This document shows positions 45,145 to 53,620 of a DNA stretch of 64,000 nucleotides, one piece after another. Source of the stretch: an uncultured beta proteobacterium (GTDB taxonomy: Bacteria; Pseudomonadota; Gammaproteobacteria; Burkholderiales; Burkholderiaceae_C). The DNA is taken from contig CAVUEP010000013.1 in assembly GCA_963740395.1 (NCBI GenBank), forward strand, positions 7,290-71,289, written 5' to 3'. The position numbers and the translations under genes were made by a program. The notes beneath the pieces were generated by a model. That model saw only the letters and a list, made by a program, of their open reading frames with translations. It was not told the origin of the DNA and searched no databases. Positions within the stretch are counted from its first letter, which is position 1. The number at the start of each line of letters is the position of its first letter.

Positions 45145-47307
45145 TCAGACGCGCCCGCCGCTCGTCGGCACCGAGCGCAGGTCCTGGGCCACGCGCCCTT
45201 CGCCGAGCACGATCACGCGCGACGCGCTGGCGATCGTCTCGGGCCGGTGCGCGACGATCACGCGCGTCAGCGAAAGCTGCCGCACCTGCTGATTGACGAT
45301 GCGCTCACGGTCGACGTCGAGCGCGCTCGTCGCCTCATCGAGCAGCAGGATGCGGGGGCGCTTGTACAGGGCGCGCGCCAACAGCAGCCGTTGCTTCTGG
45401 CCGCCCGAGAGGCTGGCGCCCATGTCGCCGACCAGCGTGTGGTAACCCATCGGCATGGCCTCGATCTCGTCATGCACCGCGGCCATCTGAGCACATTCCG
45501 TGATCCATTCGCTGTCGGGCGCATCATCGAAGAAGCAGATGTTCTCGGCCACGGAACCGGCCAGCAGCGCGTCCTCCTGCATCACCGTGCCGACCATCGC
45601 GCGCCAGCGCGCCAGCCCGAGTTGGCGCAGCGGCACGCCGCCCACGCGAAACTCACCGGTGTCCGGCGCGTGAATGCCCAGCATCAATTTCAGGAGCGTC
45701 GTCTTGCCGCAGCCCGAGGGGCCGACGATGGCCACCGACTCGCCCGGCTCGATCGTGAAATTGATGCCCTTCAGCACCTCGGGCTCGCCGTCGGCATAGC
45801 GAAAGCTCACGCCGCTGACTTCGATGCGCGGCGGCGCCAGCGCCTCGGCGGCCAAGTCGCCCCCCTGCCGCGGCAGCCCCTCGTCCTCGGGCGCAGCCAG
45901 CACGATGTCGGCAAGCCGCTCGCCCTGCAGGCGCAGCATGCGCAACTCGACCGCCTTGTCGATCAAGGCGCTGATGCGCTGCGCAAACTGCTCCTTGAAC
46001 GCGATGAACGCGAACAGCATGCCGACCGACAACTGCTGATCCATCACCAGCAACGCCCCCAGCCAGACCACCGCAATGCGCTCGACGCCGAACAGCAGCC
46101 GGTGCAGAACGGAGAACATCAACTCGAGCTTGCGCGTGGCCAGGTCGGCATTCATGGTGTCGACGACACGGTTCATGAAGCGCGCCTGGCGATCGGCTTG
46201 GCGGTTGAACAGCTTGATCGACTGCACACCGCGCAGCGATTCGAGAAAGTGGCTCGACTGCCGAGCCTCGTGCACCAGCGCCTCCTCGGTGGCCTCGCGC
46301 AGCGGCCTGAAGAAAGCCCAGCGCAGGGCGGCATAAGCCGCCACCGCCGCCATCACCACCGCCGCCAACGCCACGCTGTAGATCAGCATCATCGCCAGCG
46401 TGACGACGACCAGCAGGCCATCGAGCACGGCTTCGATGAAGTGCGTGGTCAATGTCTTCTGGATCTGCTGTACGGTCGCGAAGCGAGACCAGACGTCGCC
46501 GGTGTGCCGCTTCTCGAACCAGGCCATCGGCAGGCGCAGCAGGTGCGCAAACACGTTCGACAGCCACTGCAGGTTGAGTGTGGCCGACAGATGCAGAACC
46601 GACCAGGACCGGATCGCCGCGGCGCCGACCTGCAGCAAGACCAGAAGACCGAAACCCAGCACCAACGTCAACAGCAGGTCGCGGTCGGCGCTGACGAGCA
46701 CCCCGTCGACGACCCACTGCAGGAAGAACGGGCTCAACAGAACGAAGGCCTCGAGGCCCGCCGCGACCAGGAAGATCTGCGCCAGCGAGCGCTTGAGGCC
46801 GCGCACCGGCCCGAGCAGTTGCTTGAGCGTGACCGTCTGCCGCTCGGTCTTGGCCTTGAAGTCCGCTGCCGGCGTCAGCTCGAGCGCAATGCCGGTGAAG
46901 TGGCGCGACAGCTCGGTCAGCTTCATGCGCCGCACGCCACGCGCGGGGTCGTGCAGCGTGACTCGGTTGCCCCGCACTTCGGTCAGTACGACGAAGTGAT
47001 TCAGGTCCCAATGCAGGACGCACGGCAAGGCCAGTTGGGCCAACTGCTCGGGTTCGGCGCGCAATGCGCGAGGGTTGAAATTCAACTGTCCGGCCATGCG
47101 CACCAGGTCGGCCATCGTGGCGCCCTTGAGCGACAACGAAAAGCGCCGGCGCAGCGTCGGCAGGTCGGTGCGGTAGCCATGCGCCGCCGACACCATCGCG
47201 AGACACGCCAGCGTGCACTCGGCCGCCTCGGTCTGCAGGATCATCGGCGCGCTGTGCCCGCCGAGCCAGCCAGCCAGCGACAGATCCAGCGAATCCGGGC
47301 TCGCCAT
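45145..47307 (-). CDS. Peptidase C39 domain-containing ABC exporter (bacteriocin/peptide processing and export, CvaB/RaxB-like)
   Basis: The N-terminal C39 domain shows ILQTEAAECTLACLAMV (catalytic Cys) and HWDLNHFVVL (His). A six-TM domain follows. Walker A is GPSGCGKTT, the signature is LSGGQKQRLLLARA, and Walker B is ILLLDEATSALD. The ATG overlaps the HlyD stop as TGATG. Confidence 0.85.
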   Translation of the reverse strand: MASPDSLDLSLAGWLGGHSAPMILQTEAAECTLACLAMVSAAHGYRTDLPTLRRRFSLSLKGATMADLVRMAGQLNFNPRALRAEPEQLAQLALPCVLHWDLNHFVVLTEVRGNRVTLHDPARGVRRMKLTELSRHFTGIALELTPAADFKAKTERQTVTLKQLLGPVRGLKRSLAQIFLVAAGLEAFVLLSPFFLQWVVDGVLVSADRDLLLTLVLGFGLLVLLQVGAAAIRSWSVLHLSATLNLQWLSNVFAHLLRLPMAWFEKRHTGDVWSRFATVQQIQKTLTTHFIEAVLDGLLVVVTLAMMLIYSVALAAVVMAAVAAYAALRWAFFRPLREATEEALVHEARQSSHFLESLRGVQSIKLFNRQADRQARFMNRVVDTMNADLATRKLELMFSVLHRLLFGVERIAVVWLGALLVMDQQLSVGMLFAFIAFKEQFAQRISALIDKAVELRMLRLQGERLADIVLAAPEDEGLPRQGGDLAAEALAPPRIEVSGVSFRYADGEPEVLKGINFTIEPGESVAIVGPSGCGKTTLLKLMLGIHAPDTGEFRVGGVPLRQLGLARWRAMVGTVMQEDALLAGSVAENICFFDDAPDSEWITECAQMAAVHDEIEAMPMGYHTLVGDMGASLSGGQKQRLLLARALYKRPRILLLDEATSALDVDRERIVNQQVRQLSLTRVIVAHRPETIASASRVIVLGEGRVAQDLRSVPTSGGRV

Positions 47308-48554
47308 CACACGCGAGCGGCCATGCCCAGCAGGGGCTCGATCAACCACTCGTAGAGCTTGCGCCGCTCCACGGGCACGTCGGCGTCGAGCTGCATGCCG
47401 GGCGCCAGCGGTTGCAAGACCCCGTAGGCCGACACCTGCTGGCGCTCCAGCGCCACCGTGATGCGGTACATCGGCTCGCGCGCCGACCCCGCCCAGGGCT
47501 GCCCAGCCAGTTCGGCCGGCTGCAGCGGCGCCAGCGACACCTGCTCGATGCGCCCATGCTGATGGCCGAATTTCTGGTAGGCGAAGGCGTGGTAACGCAG
47601 CAACACCGACTGCTCCGCGCGCAGGAAGCCCACGGCACTCGACGGCGCGTACAGGTGCGCCTGCAGCGCCGAGCCCGCGGGCACCAAGCTGGCCAGCGTG
47701 GAGGCCGCAGCGACCGTTTGCCCTGCAGAGACCAGCACCGCGCTGACGACGCCGTCCTGTGGCGCGCGCACCACCAAACTGCGGCGCGCTTCGCTCTCTG
47801 CCTTCATTTGCGCCAGTTCGGCCCGTTCGCGCTCGATCTCGCCCTGCCTCGCGCCGGACTGCAGGGGCAGGTCGCGAAGCTGCGCTTGCGCAGCGGCGAT
47901 CTCGCGCTCGTGCGCGCTGCGCTGACGCAGCTGCGCCTGGCGTTGCGTGCGCAGCCCCAGCAACTCCTCGGTCTTGGCCTGGACTTGGGCCGACGAGACG
48001 AAGTTGTCGCTGCGCAGCGACTCGAGCCGCGCCAACGCCTGTTCGGCCAGCGCGATCCGCTGCGTCAACAGGGCCGACTCGGCATCGAGGCTACCGCGCT
48101 CCTGCTGCAGGTCGGCACGACGGCGCACCAATGCGGCCTCCTGGCTGCTGAGCAAGGCCTGCTGTTGCTGCGCCGCAGCGCGCAAGCTCGACTCGCGGTC
48201 CGCCAAGGTGCGTTGCACCGCGGCCTGCGTGTCGCCGCCGGCGGCGGCGCGGTCGAGCGACAGCACGAAGAGCACGTCGCCGGCACGCACGCTGGCGCCT
48301 TCGGCCACGCGCCGCTCCAGCACCAGTGCATCCTGGGGCGGCGACAGACGGATCACGCCGCTGTCGGGCACCAGCACGCCACTGACGCGCACCTTGCGCG
48401 TGTACTCGCCGAGCGCCAGGAAGGCGCCCACGGCCAGCACCGCAACGACCACCGCGGTGGTCAGCACGGTCAGCGAGAGCGGGCGAACCAGCTGAATCTC
48501 ACCGACCCACGAGGTCTGCTGGGCGTCCAGCGCCTCGCGGCGGAAGATGTTCAC
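47307..48554 (-). CDS. HlyD-family membrane fusion / secretion adaptor protein (CvaA-like)
   Basis: It starts MNIFRREALDAQQTSWVGEIQLVRPLSLTVLT, followed by a single TM segment, a long coiled-coil and a beta-barrel C-terminus. The GTG start overlaps the small-ORF stop as GTGA. Confidence 0.8.
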   Translation of the reverse strand: MNIFRREALDAQQTSWVGEIQLVRPLSLTVLTTAVVVAVLAVGAFLALGEYTRKVRVSGVLVPDSGVIRLSPPQDALVLERRVAEGASVRAGDVLFVLSLDRAAAGGDTQAAVQRTLADRESSLRAAAQQQQALLSSQEAALVRRRADLQQERGSLDAESALLTQRIALAEQALARLESLRSDNFVSSAQVQAKTEELLGLRTQRQAQLRQRSAHEREIAAAQAQLRDLPLQSGARQGEIERERAELAQMKAESEARRSLVVRAPQDGVVSAVLVSAGQTVAAASTLASLVPAGSALQAHLYAPSSAVGFLRAEQSVLLRYHAFAYQKFGHQHGRIEQVSLAPLQPAELAGQPWAGSAREPMYRITVALERQQVSAYGVLQPLAPGMQLDADVPVERRKLYEWLIEPLLGMAARV

Positions 48555-48712
48555 CAGCCCTTGGTTGGCAGCGACGTGCCGCCGCTGACTTGGCGCAATG
48601 CCGGTGCGTCGAGCTCAATCGGCTGGCGCACTGGCTGAGCTGGCGACTCGGCGCGAGTCTTGCCGACGATGCGTTGAACCCAAAGCCCGACAGTCTTTTG
48701 TACCTTGTTCAT
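48551..48712 (-). CDS. 53-aa double-glycine-leader precursor peptide (predicted 8-aa mature product TSLPTKGW)
   Basis: It is absent from the ORF track because it is under 60 aa. I translated it base by base: MNKVQKTVGLWVQRIVGKTRAESPAQPVRQPIELDAPALRQVSGGTSLPTKGW*. GGAG lies 5 nt upstream of the ATG. The stop is coupled to the HlyD start as GTGA. The leader has hydrophobic residues at -4, -7 and -12 relative to the GG. Confidence 0.6.
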   Translation of the reverse strand: MNKVQKTVGLWVQRIVGKTRAESPAQPVRQPIELDAPALRQVSGGTSLPTKGW

Positions 48713-48781
48713 ATGCGCTCCTGATTGGCTGGCGTCGTGGAATCGACACCGGATTCCAGCAGCCTTCGGGCGCGCACGTAA

Positions 48782-48797
48782 CTGTCAACCTTTACAG
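48782..48797. promoter_or_regulatory. CTGT-N8-ACAG inverted repeat (lux-box-like or LexA-box-like) upstream of the peptide gene
   Basis: ctgtcaacctttacag lies 5 nt after the luxR-type stop and 70 nt upstream of the peptide ATG. On the minus strand it contains TTGACA. Its 12-nt core recurs at 49546..49557. Confidence 0.4.
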
Positions 48798-48802
48798 GGT
48801 CC

Positions 48803-49516
48803 TCAATGAAGGAGCCCGAGCCTCAGGGCCTTTACCACGGCAACATGTTTCGAATTGCAGTTCAGCTTCTGCATGGCGTTCTGCAGGTGGAACACCGCCG
48901 TGCGGTCGCCGATGCCCAGGATCGTGCTGATCGCGCTCGTCGTCTTGCCGTCCATGGTCCAGCGCAGGACTTCGAGCTCGCGCGGCGTCAAGGCCGGCAG
49001 CTCGGGGCGGGCACCCTCGGACACCAGCACCCGCATGGCCGTGTCCTGGGCGTGCACGGCAAATAGCTGCAAGTCCGCAACGATCCGTGTCAGTTCGGCT
49101 CCGTCGGACGGCAGCGCCTGATCTCGCTCAACGCCCAAGAGAAAGTGTCGCCCCTCGGGTAGATGCAGCGCCATCGCGATGCCGTTCCGGTACCCGAACT
49201 GGGCCTGACGCTCCCACAACTCCGCGGAGTTGGCGTTCACGTAATTCCGTTGTCCCCAGATGATGGGCACCGTGTGGCGCTTGCAATGCTGTGCGATCGG
49301 ATCGCGCTTGCTGATGCTCAGGTCGTCGAATGTCTCAACGTACGCAGCAGGTGCGTTATGTATCGAAACGAACTCAGGCTCACGGCCCAGGCGGTCGACC
49401 GCAACCGTCGACGCGACCCTGTCGAAACCCAGGCGCTGGGCAAAGCGAATCACCACCGACCTGAACTGGTCCTGGTTCTGCGCTTCCAACACGGATTGGT
49501 AGTCGCCTTGCAGCAT
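48803..49516 (-). CDS. LuxR-family regulator with an N-terminal autoinducer-binding-type domain and a C-terminal GerE HTH (LuxR solo; no luxI in the window)
   Basis: The HTH reads LTPRELEVLRWTMDGKTTSAISTILGIGDRTAVFHLQNAMQKL. The ligand-domain block PAAYVETFDDLSISKRDPIAQHCKRHTVPIIW has exactly the TraR spacing for positions 57/61/70/71/85, which read Y, F, D, P, W. Confidence 0.8.
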   Translation of the reverse strand: MLQGDYQSVLEAQNQDQFRSVVIRFAQRLGFDRVASTVAVDRLGREPEFVSIHNAPAAYVETFDDLSISKRDPIAQHCKRHTVPIIWGQRNYVNANSAELWERQAQFGYRNGIAMALHLPEGRHFLLGVERDQALPSDGAELTRIVADLQLFAVHAQDTAMRVLVSEGARPELPALTPRELEVLRWTMDGKTTSAISTILGIGDRTAVFHLQNAMQKLNCNSKHVAVVKALRLGLLH

Positions 49517-49541
49517 TACTTCGCAGTTTCGCCTGGGTTAC

Positions 49542-49557
49542 CCGGCAACCTTTACAG
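49542..49557. promoter_or_regulatory. Second copy of the CAACCTTTACAG half-motif, between the luxR-type gene and the divergent 124-aa gene
   Basis: ccggcaacctttacag shares 12 of 12 nt with 48786..48797, but the left arm is CCGG rather than CTGT. It lies 26 nt upstream of the luxR-type ATG. Confidence 0.3.
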
Positions 49558-49637
49558 CTATCGGCGGGCCTGATCTTTGTCCACACTCTTTGCCATCGGA
49601 GCCACTCGGTTCCGTTTTCCAACGGCAAGGAGTGCAC

Positions 49638-50012
49638 ATGAATTCATCCTGGACTGTTCGCGCGTGGCCGGCCCTATTGTGGCAGGCCGGTAACCCCTCG
49701 CAACTGCAATTCGATCACGTTGACACGCAGGTCTTCCCGTCCGACCGGGACGATGCACCGGTCTGCGGCCAAACTGTCTGGGCCGGCCCGCTGGACGACG
49801 GCCAGGTTGGCGTGGCCTGGGATTGGGTGCAGGTGTCCCAAGGCGTGGTCGCGATGGCCGACCCGATGTGCGTCGTCAGCAATCTGCGCCTGATCGGCCC
49901 GCAGGGTGAGGTGCTGACGGCCTGGGAGTCCGCGCGGCACCTGAACCAGATCGTCTACGGCCTGCCCTGGCAAGGCGAGGTGCAACGCGCCCTGCACCAC
50001 CTGAACGACTGA
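49638..50012 (+). CDS. Hypothetical 124-aa cytoplasmic protein, divergent from the LuxR-type gene
   Basis: The ATG is preceded by AAGGAG and gives MNSSWTVRAWPALLWQAG. The protein is Trp-rich, with no signal peptide and no recognised domain. Confidence 0.4.
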   Translation: MNSSWTVRAWPALLWQAGNPSQLQFDHVDTQVFPSDRDDAPVCGQTVWAGPLDDGQVGVAWDWVQVSQGVVAMADPMCVVSNLRLIGPQGEVLTAWESARHLNQIVYGLPWQGEVQRALHHLND

Positions 50013-50051
50013 GCGTGCGTCGGCGCGCGGGGCCGCAGGCCGCGGGCGCCC

Positions 50052-51218
50052 TCACTTCAATGCGGCTGTGCGCAGCTGGCGTGACACGAAGGTCAGGCCG
50101 GCCGCGACGACCAGCCCGCACACCAGCAGCGGCACCGCCATGTCAGGCACGCCGATGGCCTCGCCCTTGAGTACACGGTTCATCAGCGTCACCTGGCCAA
50201 GCGCCGGCACGGCCAGATGCCAGGGCGCCTCGCCGCTCTGGTTGAACACGCTCACCAAGGGCAGCAGTGACACGCCCAGAATGACCACGGTGTTGTTGGC
50301 CTGCGCCTCCTTGAAGGTTCTACAGCGAATCGCAATGGCCATCATCAGCGCAGCCAATGCGGCCGCCAGCGGGGCCAGCAGCGCCAGCATCAGGCCCACC
50401 TCGCGCAGTCCGAACTGGAACATCGCGGCCAGCGTCTCGCTACGCAACAGGTACTGCGCGGGCAGGAACGAGAAGCAGCTGAGCAAGGCGATCAGCATGC
50501 CCACCGACGAGACGGCGCCCCATTTGCCGAGCACCAGCGACAGCCGGGACGCCGGGTTCATCAGCAGCGGCTCGAGCGAACCGCGTTCGCGCTCGCCGGC
50601 CGTGGTGTCCAGGGCCGCATTCAAGGCCCCGTACAGCACCGCCATCAGGACGAAGAAGGGCAAGATGCTGGTCAGGCGCGCGGCGCGCGACTGCGGATTG
50701 GCCAGGTCGCGGTCCTGCACGTCCAGCACCTCCAGTGTCGCGGGGGCCACCCCGCGCAGTGCCAACCGCAGCACCGCTTGCTCGTTGGAGAAGCCACGCA
50801 GCAGCCGCGTGAGCCGGCCGACGCTGCCGCTGGCGCGTTGGTTGGCGCTGCTGGAGACAATCTCGACCAGCGGCGCCTCGCCACGCGCCAACTCCGCTTC
50901 GAAGTCCTGGCCGACGACGAGCACCGGGTCGCCCAGCGATTGGTTGGTCAGCCGCTGCTCGTAGTCGGCGGGTGCCGCATTGACGCGATAGGTCTGGCGC
51001 AACAGGTAGTTCTGCAAAGTAGGCGCCTGCTCGACGCCCGCGACGAGCACGGTGCGTTCCTCGGCGCGCTTCTCGATGCCGGCAACGAGCGCCGACAACG
51101 CGATCAGCACCAAGGGCCCGATCGCCACCGACGACAGCAGCACCACGACCAGCGTGCGCCGGTCGCGCAGGGCGTCGAGCAGCTCCTTGCGAAAGACGAT
51201 CCACGCGTTCATGACCAT
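50052..51218 (-). CDS. ABC-2 type transporter permease (NatB-like)
   Basis: It starts MVMNAWIVFRKELLDALRDRRTLVVVLL. It has a large extracytoplasmic loop and then five C-terminal TM segments. An alternative ATG at 51212 overlaps the ATPase stop as ATGA. Confidence 0.7.
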   Translation of the reverse strand: MVMNAWIVFRKELLDALRDRRTLVVVLLSSVAIGPLVLIALSALVAGIEKRAEERTVLVAGVEQAPTLQNYLLRQTYRVNAAPADYEQRLTNQSLGDPVLVVGQDFEAELARGEAPLVEIVSSSANQRASGSVGRLTRLLRGFSNEQAVLRLALRGVAPATLEVLDVQDRDLANPQSRAARLTSILPFFVLMAVLYGALNAALDTTAGERERGSLEPLLMNPASRLSLVLGKWGAVSSVGMLIALLSCFSFLPAQYLLRSETLAAMFQFGLREVGLMLALLAPLAAALAALMMAIAIRCRTFKEAQANNTVVILGVSLLPLVSVFNQSGEAPWHLAVPALGQVTLMNRVLKGEAIGVPDMAVPLLVCGLVVAAGLTFVSRQLRTAALK

Positions 51219-52048
51219 GTTTGCTCCCTGGCGCTGCGCGCGGTCCCTCCGAGAGGGACGCCACCTTCCTTGGGACGGCCCTGCGAAAGGTTCGCTCCTG
51301 GGTCGGCATTGAACGCCAGCTTGACGAAGGTCTCTTCGAAGTCTTGTTCGCCACAGGACGCGTTGAGATCGGCGACGCTGCCTTGCGCCACGGTGCGGCC
51401 GTGCGAGACGACGATGACGTGGTCGCACAGGCGCTCCACCTCCTGCATGATGTGGGTCGAGAACACGATGCACTTGCCCTCGACGTCGCGCAGGCGCCGC
51501 AGCGATTCGCGCAGCGCGCGCGTGGCCAGCACATCCAGGCCATTGGTCGGCTCGTCCAGGACGATGTTCGGCGGGTTGTGCACGAGGGCGCGCGCGAGAG
51601 CGGTCTTCATGCGCTCGCCCTGGCTGAAGCCCTCCGTTCGCCGCTCCAGCAGCGGCTGCATGTCCAGCATATGCGCCAGTGCATCGGCACGCTGCGACGC
51701 GGCGACATCACTCATGCCGTGCAAGCGACCGTAGTAGACGATGTTCTCGCGCGCCGTCAGTCGCGCATACAGCCCCCGCGCATCGCTGAGCACGCCCATG
51801 CGCGCAAGCGCAGCCCGCGGCGCGCTGCGCACATCGATGCCGTCCACACGCAACTCGCCCGCATCGGGCGCCAGCAGCGCTGCGAGCAGGCGCAGGGTCG
51901 TGGTCTTGCCGGCCCCATTGGGCCCGAGCAGGCCGGTAATGCGGCCGTCCGCTGCCTGGAAACTCACGCCGTCGACGGCTTGCACCGTGCGCGCCTTCTT
52001 GCCGCGGCCCTGCGAGAAGCGCTTGGCCAAGCGCTGGACTTCGATCAT
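51209..52048 (-). CDS. ABC transporter ATP-binding protein (NatA-like)
   Basis: It starts MIEVQRLAKRF. It shows GPNGAGKTT, FSQGERMKTALARA and NIVLDEPTNGLD. The ATG overlaps the upstream stop as ATGA. Confidence 0.85.
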   Translation of the reverse strand: MIEVQRLAKRFSQGRGKKARTVQAVDGVSFQAADGRITGLLGPNGAGKTTTLRLLAALLAPDAGELRVDGIDVRSAPRAALARMGVLSDARGLYARLTARENIVYYGRLHGMSDVAASQRADALAHMLDMQPLLERRTEGFSQGERMKTALARALVHNPPNIVLDEPTNGLDVLATRALRESLRRLRDVEGKCIVFSTHIMQEVERLCDHVIVVSHGRTVAQGSVADLNASCGEQDFEETFVKLAFNADPGANLSQGRPKEGGVPLGGTARSAREQTWS

Positions 52049-53529
52049 CGTGCGGCTCCGGGCAAGGCAAACATCGGCGGCCTGGGGATGCCGGTCACGC
52101 AACTCGCATCCACCGCGAGCGCCTCCTCGTCGGTCTGCGCATCGACAAAGCGGAACAACACGTCGCGCATGCACCCGATGGCCATCACGCCGTGGCCGGC
52201 ATGGGGCACCACCGTGTGGCGCGCCTTGGCGCCCAGCGCCGTCGCCGTTCGTTCGCCATGCCGAGGCGGCGTCACCGGGTCGATGCCGCCCGACAGCACC
52301 AGGGTGGCCGCGGGCGCCGGCGGCAGCGTGTAGAAGGCCGCCGGCACGTCCCCGCGAGGCCACGGCGCGCAGACCTCGCGGTACAGAGCAAGGAAACTGT
52401 CACCGAAGTCAGCGCCCGGCCGGTCCGTCGATTGCGCGATGCGCGGCATGTCCTCTGCGCAGACGACCGAGAAGTGCATGCCGGCGGCCATGCGCATGCC
52501 GCGTCGCCCGACCAGCGCCTGCGCCAGCGCAGCCAGGCCGTCGAAGCGCCCCTGTGTGGCTTCGCCGATCGCTGCGGGCAGCGCCGAGCTCAATGCCGGT
52601 ACGTACAGCGGGCCGCGAACCAGGCCCAGCAGCATGTCGCGCGTCAGCGTCAGCCGCTCGCTTCGGTGGGTCAGCGGGTGGCGCAGCTCGACCGAGCGCG
52701 GCAATGAGGCCAGCAAGGCCTGCCAGCGTTCGCGCAGCCGCGGCTCGCGCGCCGCGCAGCCGGGGTCTTTGGAGCAGGCGTCGAAGAGTGCATCGAGTGC
52801 GGCCTGGTTGTCGGTCGAGAACGCGGCCGGCAGCACCATGTCGGGCGGGGCCACGCCGTCGATCACGGCGCGCCGCACGCGGTCGGGGAACAGGCGCTGG
52901 TATTCGAGCGCGGCGCGGGTGCCGTACGAGCCACCGACGAGGTTGATACGCGGCGCGCCCAGGGCCGCGCGCACCGCCTCGACATCCTGCATCGCCAGCG
53001 TGGTCGTGAAGAAGCGCAGGTCGCCGTAGGGCAACGCCTTCAACTCGACCAGACAGGCGGCAAGCCGCTCGCGCTGGCGCTCGAGGCTGAACAACTCCGC
53101 CAGCGGCAGCGCGGGGTCGTCGGCATCGCAATGCAGTGGCGCACTGCGTCCGGTACCGCGCTGGTCGATCAGGACGATGTCGCGGCGATTGGCGAATCGC
53201 GACAGCATGGCCGACACGGCAGGCGCGATCTCGATCGCGCTCTGCCCCGGACCGCCGGCGAAGAAGAAGACCGGGTCCGGCTGCTTGTTGCGCGCCAGCG
53301 CGGGCAGCACGGCATAGTGGACCGCGATCTGCGTCGCCTGCGGTCGTGCCGGGTCGAGCGGGCGCTCCACCGTGCCGCAGAGTGCCTGGTGTTCGATGCC
53401 GCGCAGGCGGCAGGGTGTGGGTCCGGCGTCTGTGGCCAACGCCCGGCTTGGCGCACTTGCCGTCGCGCAGGCGAGCGCGAACAGGCACAGGGCGCGGCCG
53501 ATCAGGGAGGGGATTTGCATGGCACGCAT
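52045..53529 (-). CDS. Secreted alpha/beta hydrolase (tripeptidyl aminopeptidase / TAP-like)
   Basis: A signal peptide is present. It shows PVFFFAGGPGQSAI, IVLIDQRGTGRS and the nucleophile motif GGSYGT. The C-terminal region is TAP-like and contains HAGHG. Confidence 0.7.
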   Translation of the reverse strand: MRAMQIPSLIGRALCLFALACATASAPSRALATDAGPTPCRLRGIEHQALCGTVERPLDPARPQATQIAVHYAVLPALARNKQPDPVFFFAGGPGQSAIEIAPAVSAMLSRFANRRDIVLIDQRGTGRSAPLHCDADDPALPLAELFSLERQRERLAACLVELKALPYGDLRFFTTTLAMQDVEAVRAALGAPRINLVGGSYGTRAALEYQRLFPDRVRRAVIDGVAPPDMVLPAAFSTDNQAALDALFDACSKDPGCAAREPRLRERWQALLASLPRSVELRHPLTHRSERLTLTRDMLLGLVRGPLYVPALSSALPAAIGEATQGRFDGLAALAQALVGRRGMRMAAGMHFSVVCAEDMPRIAQSTDRPGADFGDSFLALYREVCAPWPRGDVPAAFYTLPPAPAATLVLSGGIDPVTPPRHGERTATALGAKARHTVVPHAGHGVMAIGCMRDVLFRFVDAQTDEEALAVDASCVTGIPRPPMFALPGAAR

Positions 53530-53620
53530 TGTTGACGCGCTGGCGGCGTGTCGGCGCGTGCTCGCGATGAATCACGCGCCTGCCTGCACAAATCAGCGCC
53601 GGCCGCAGCTGAGTGGCGCC

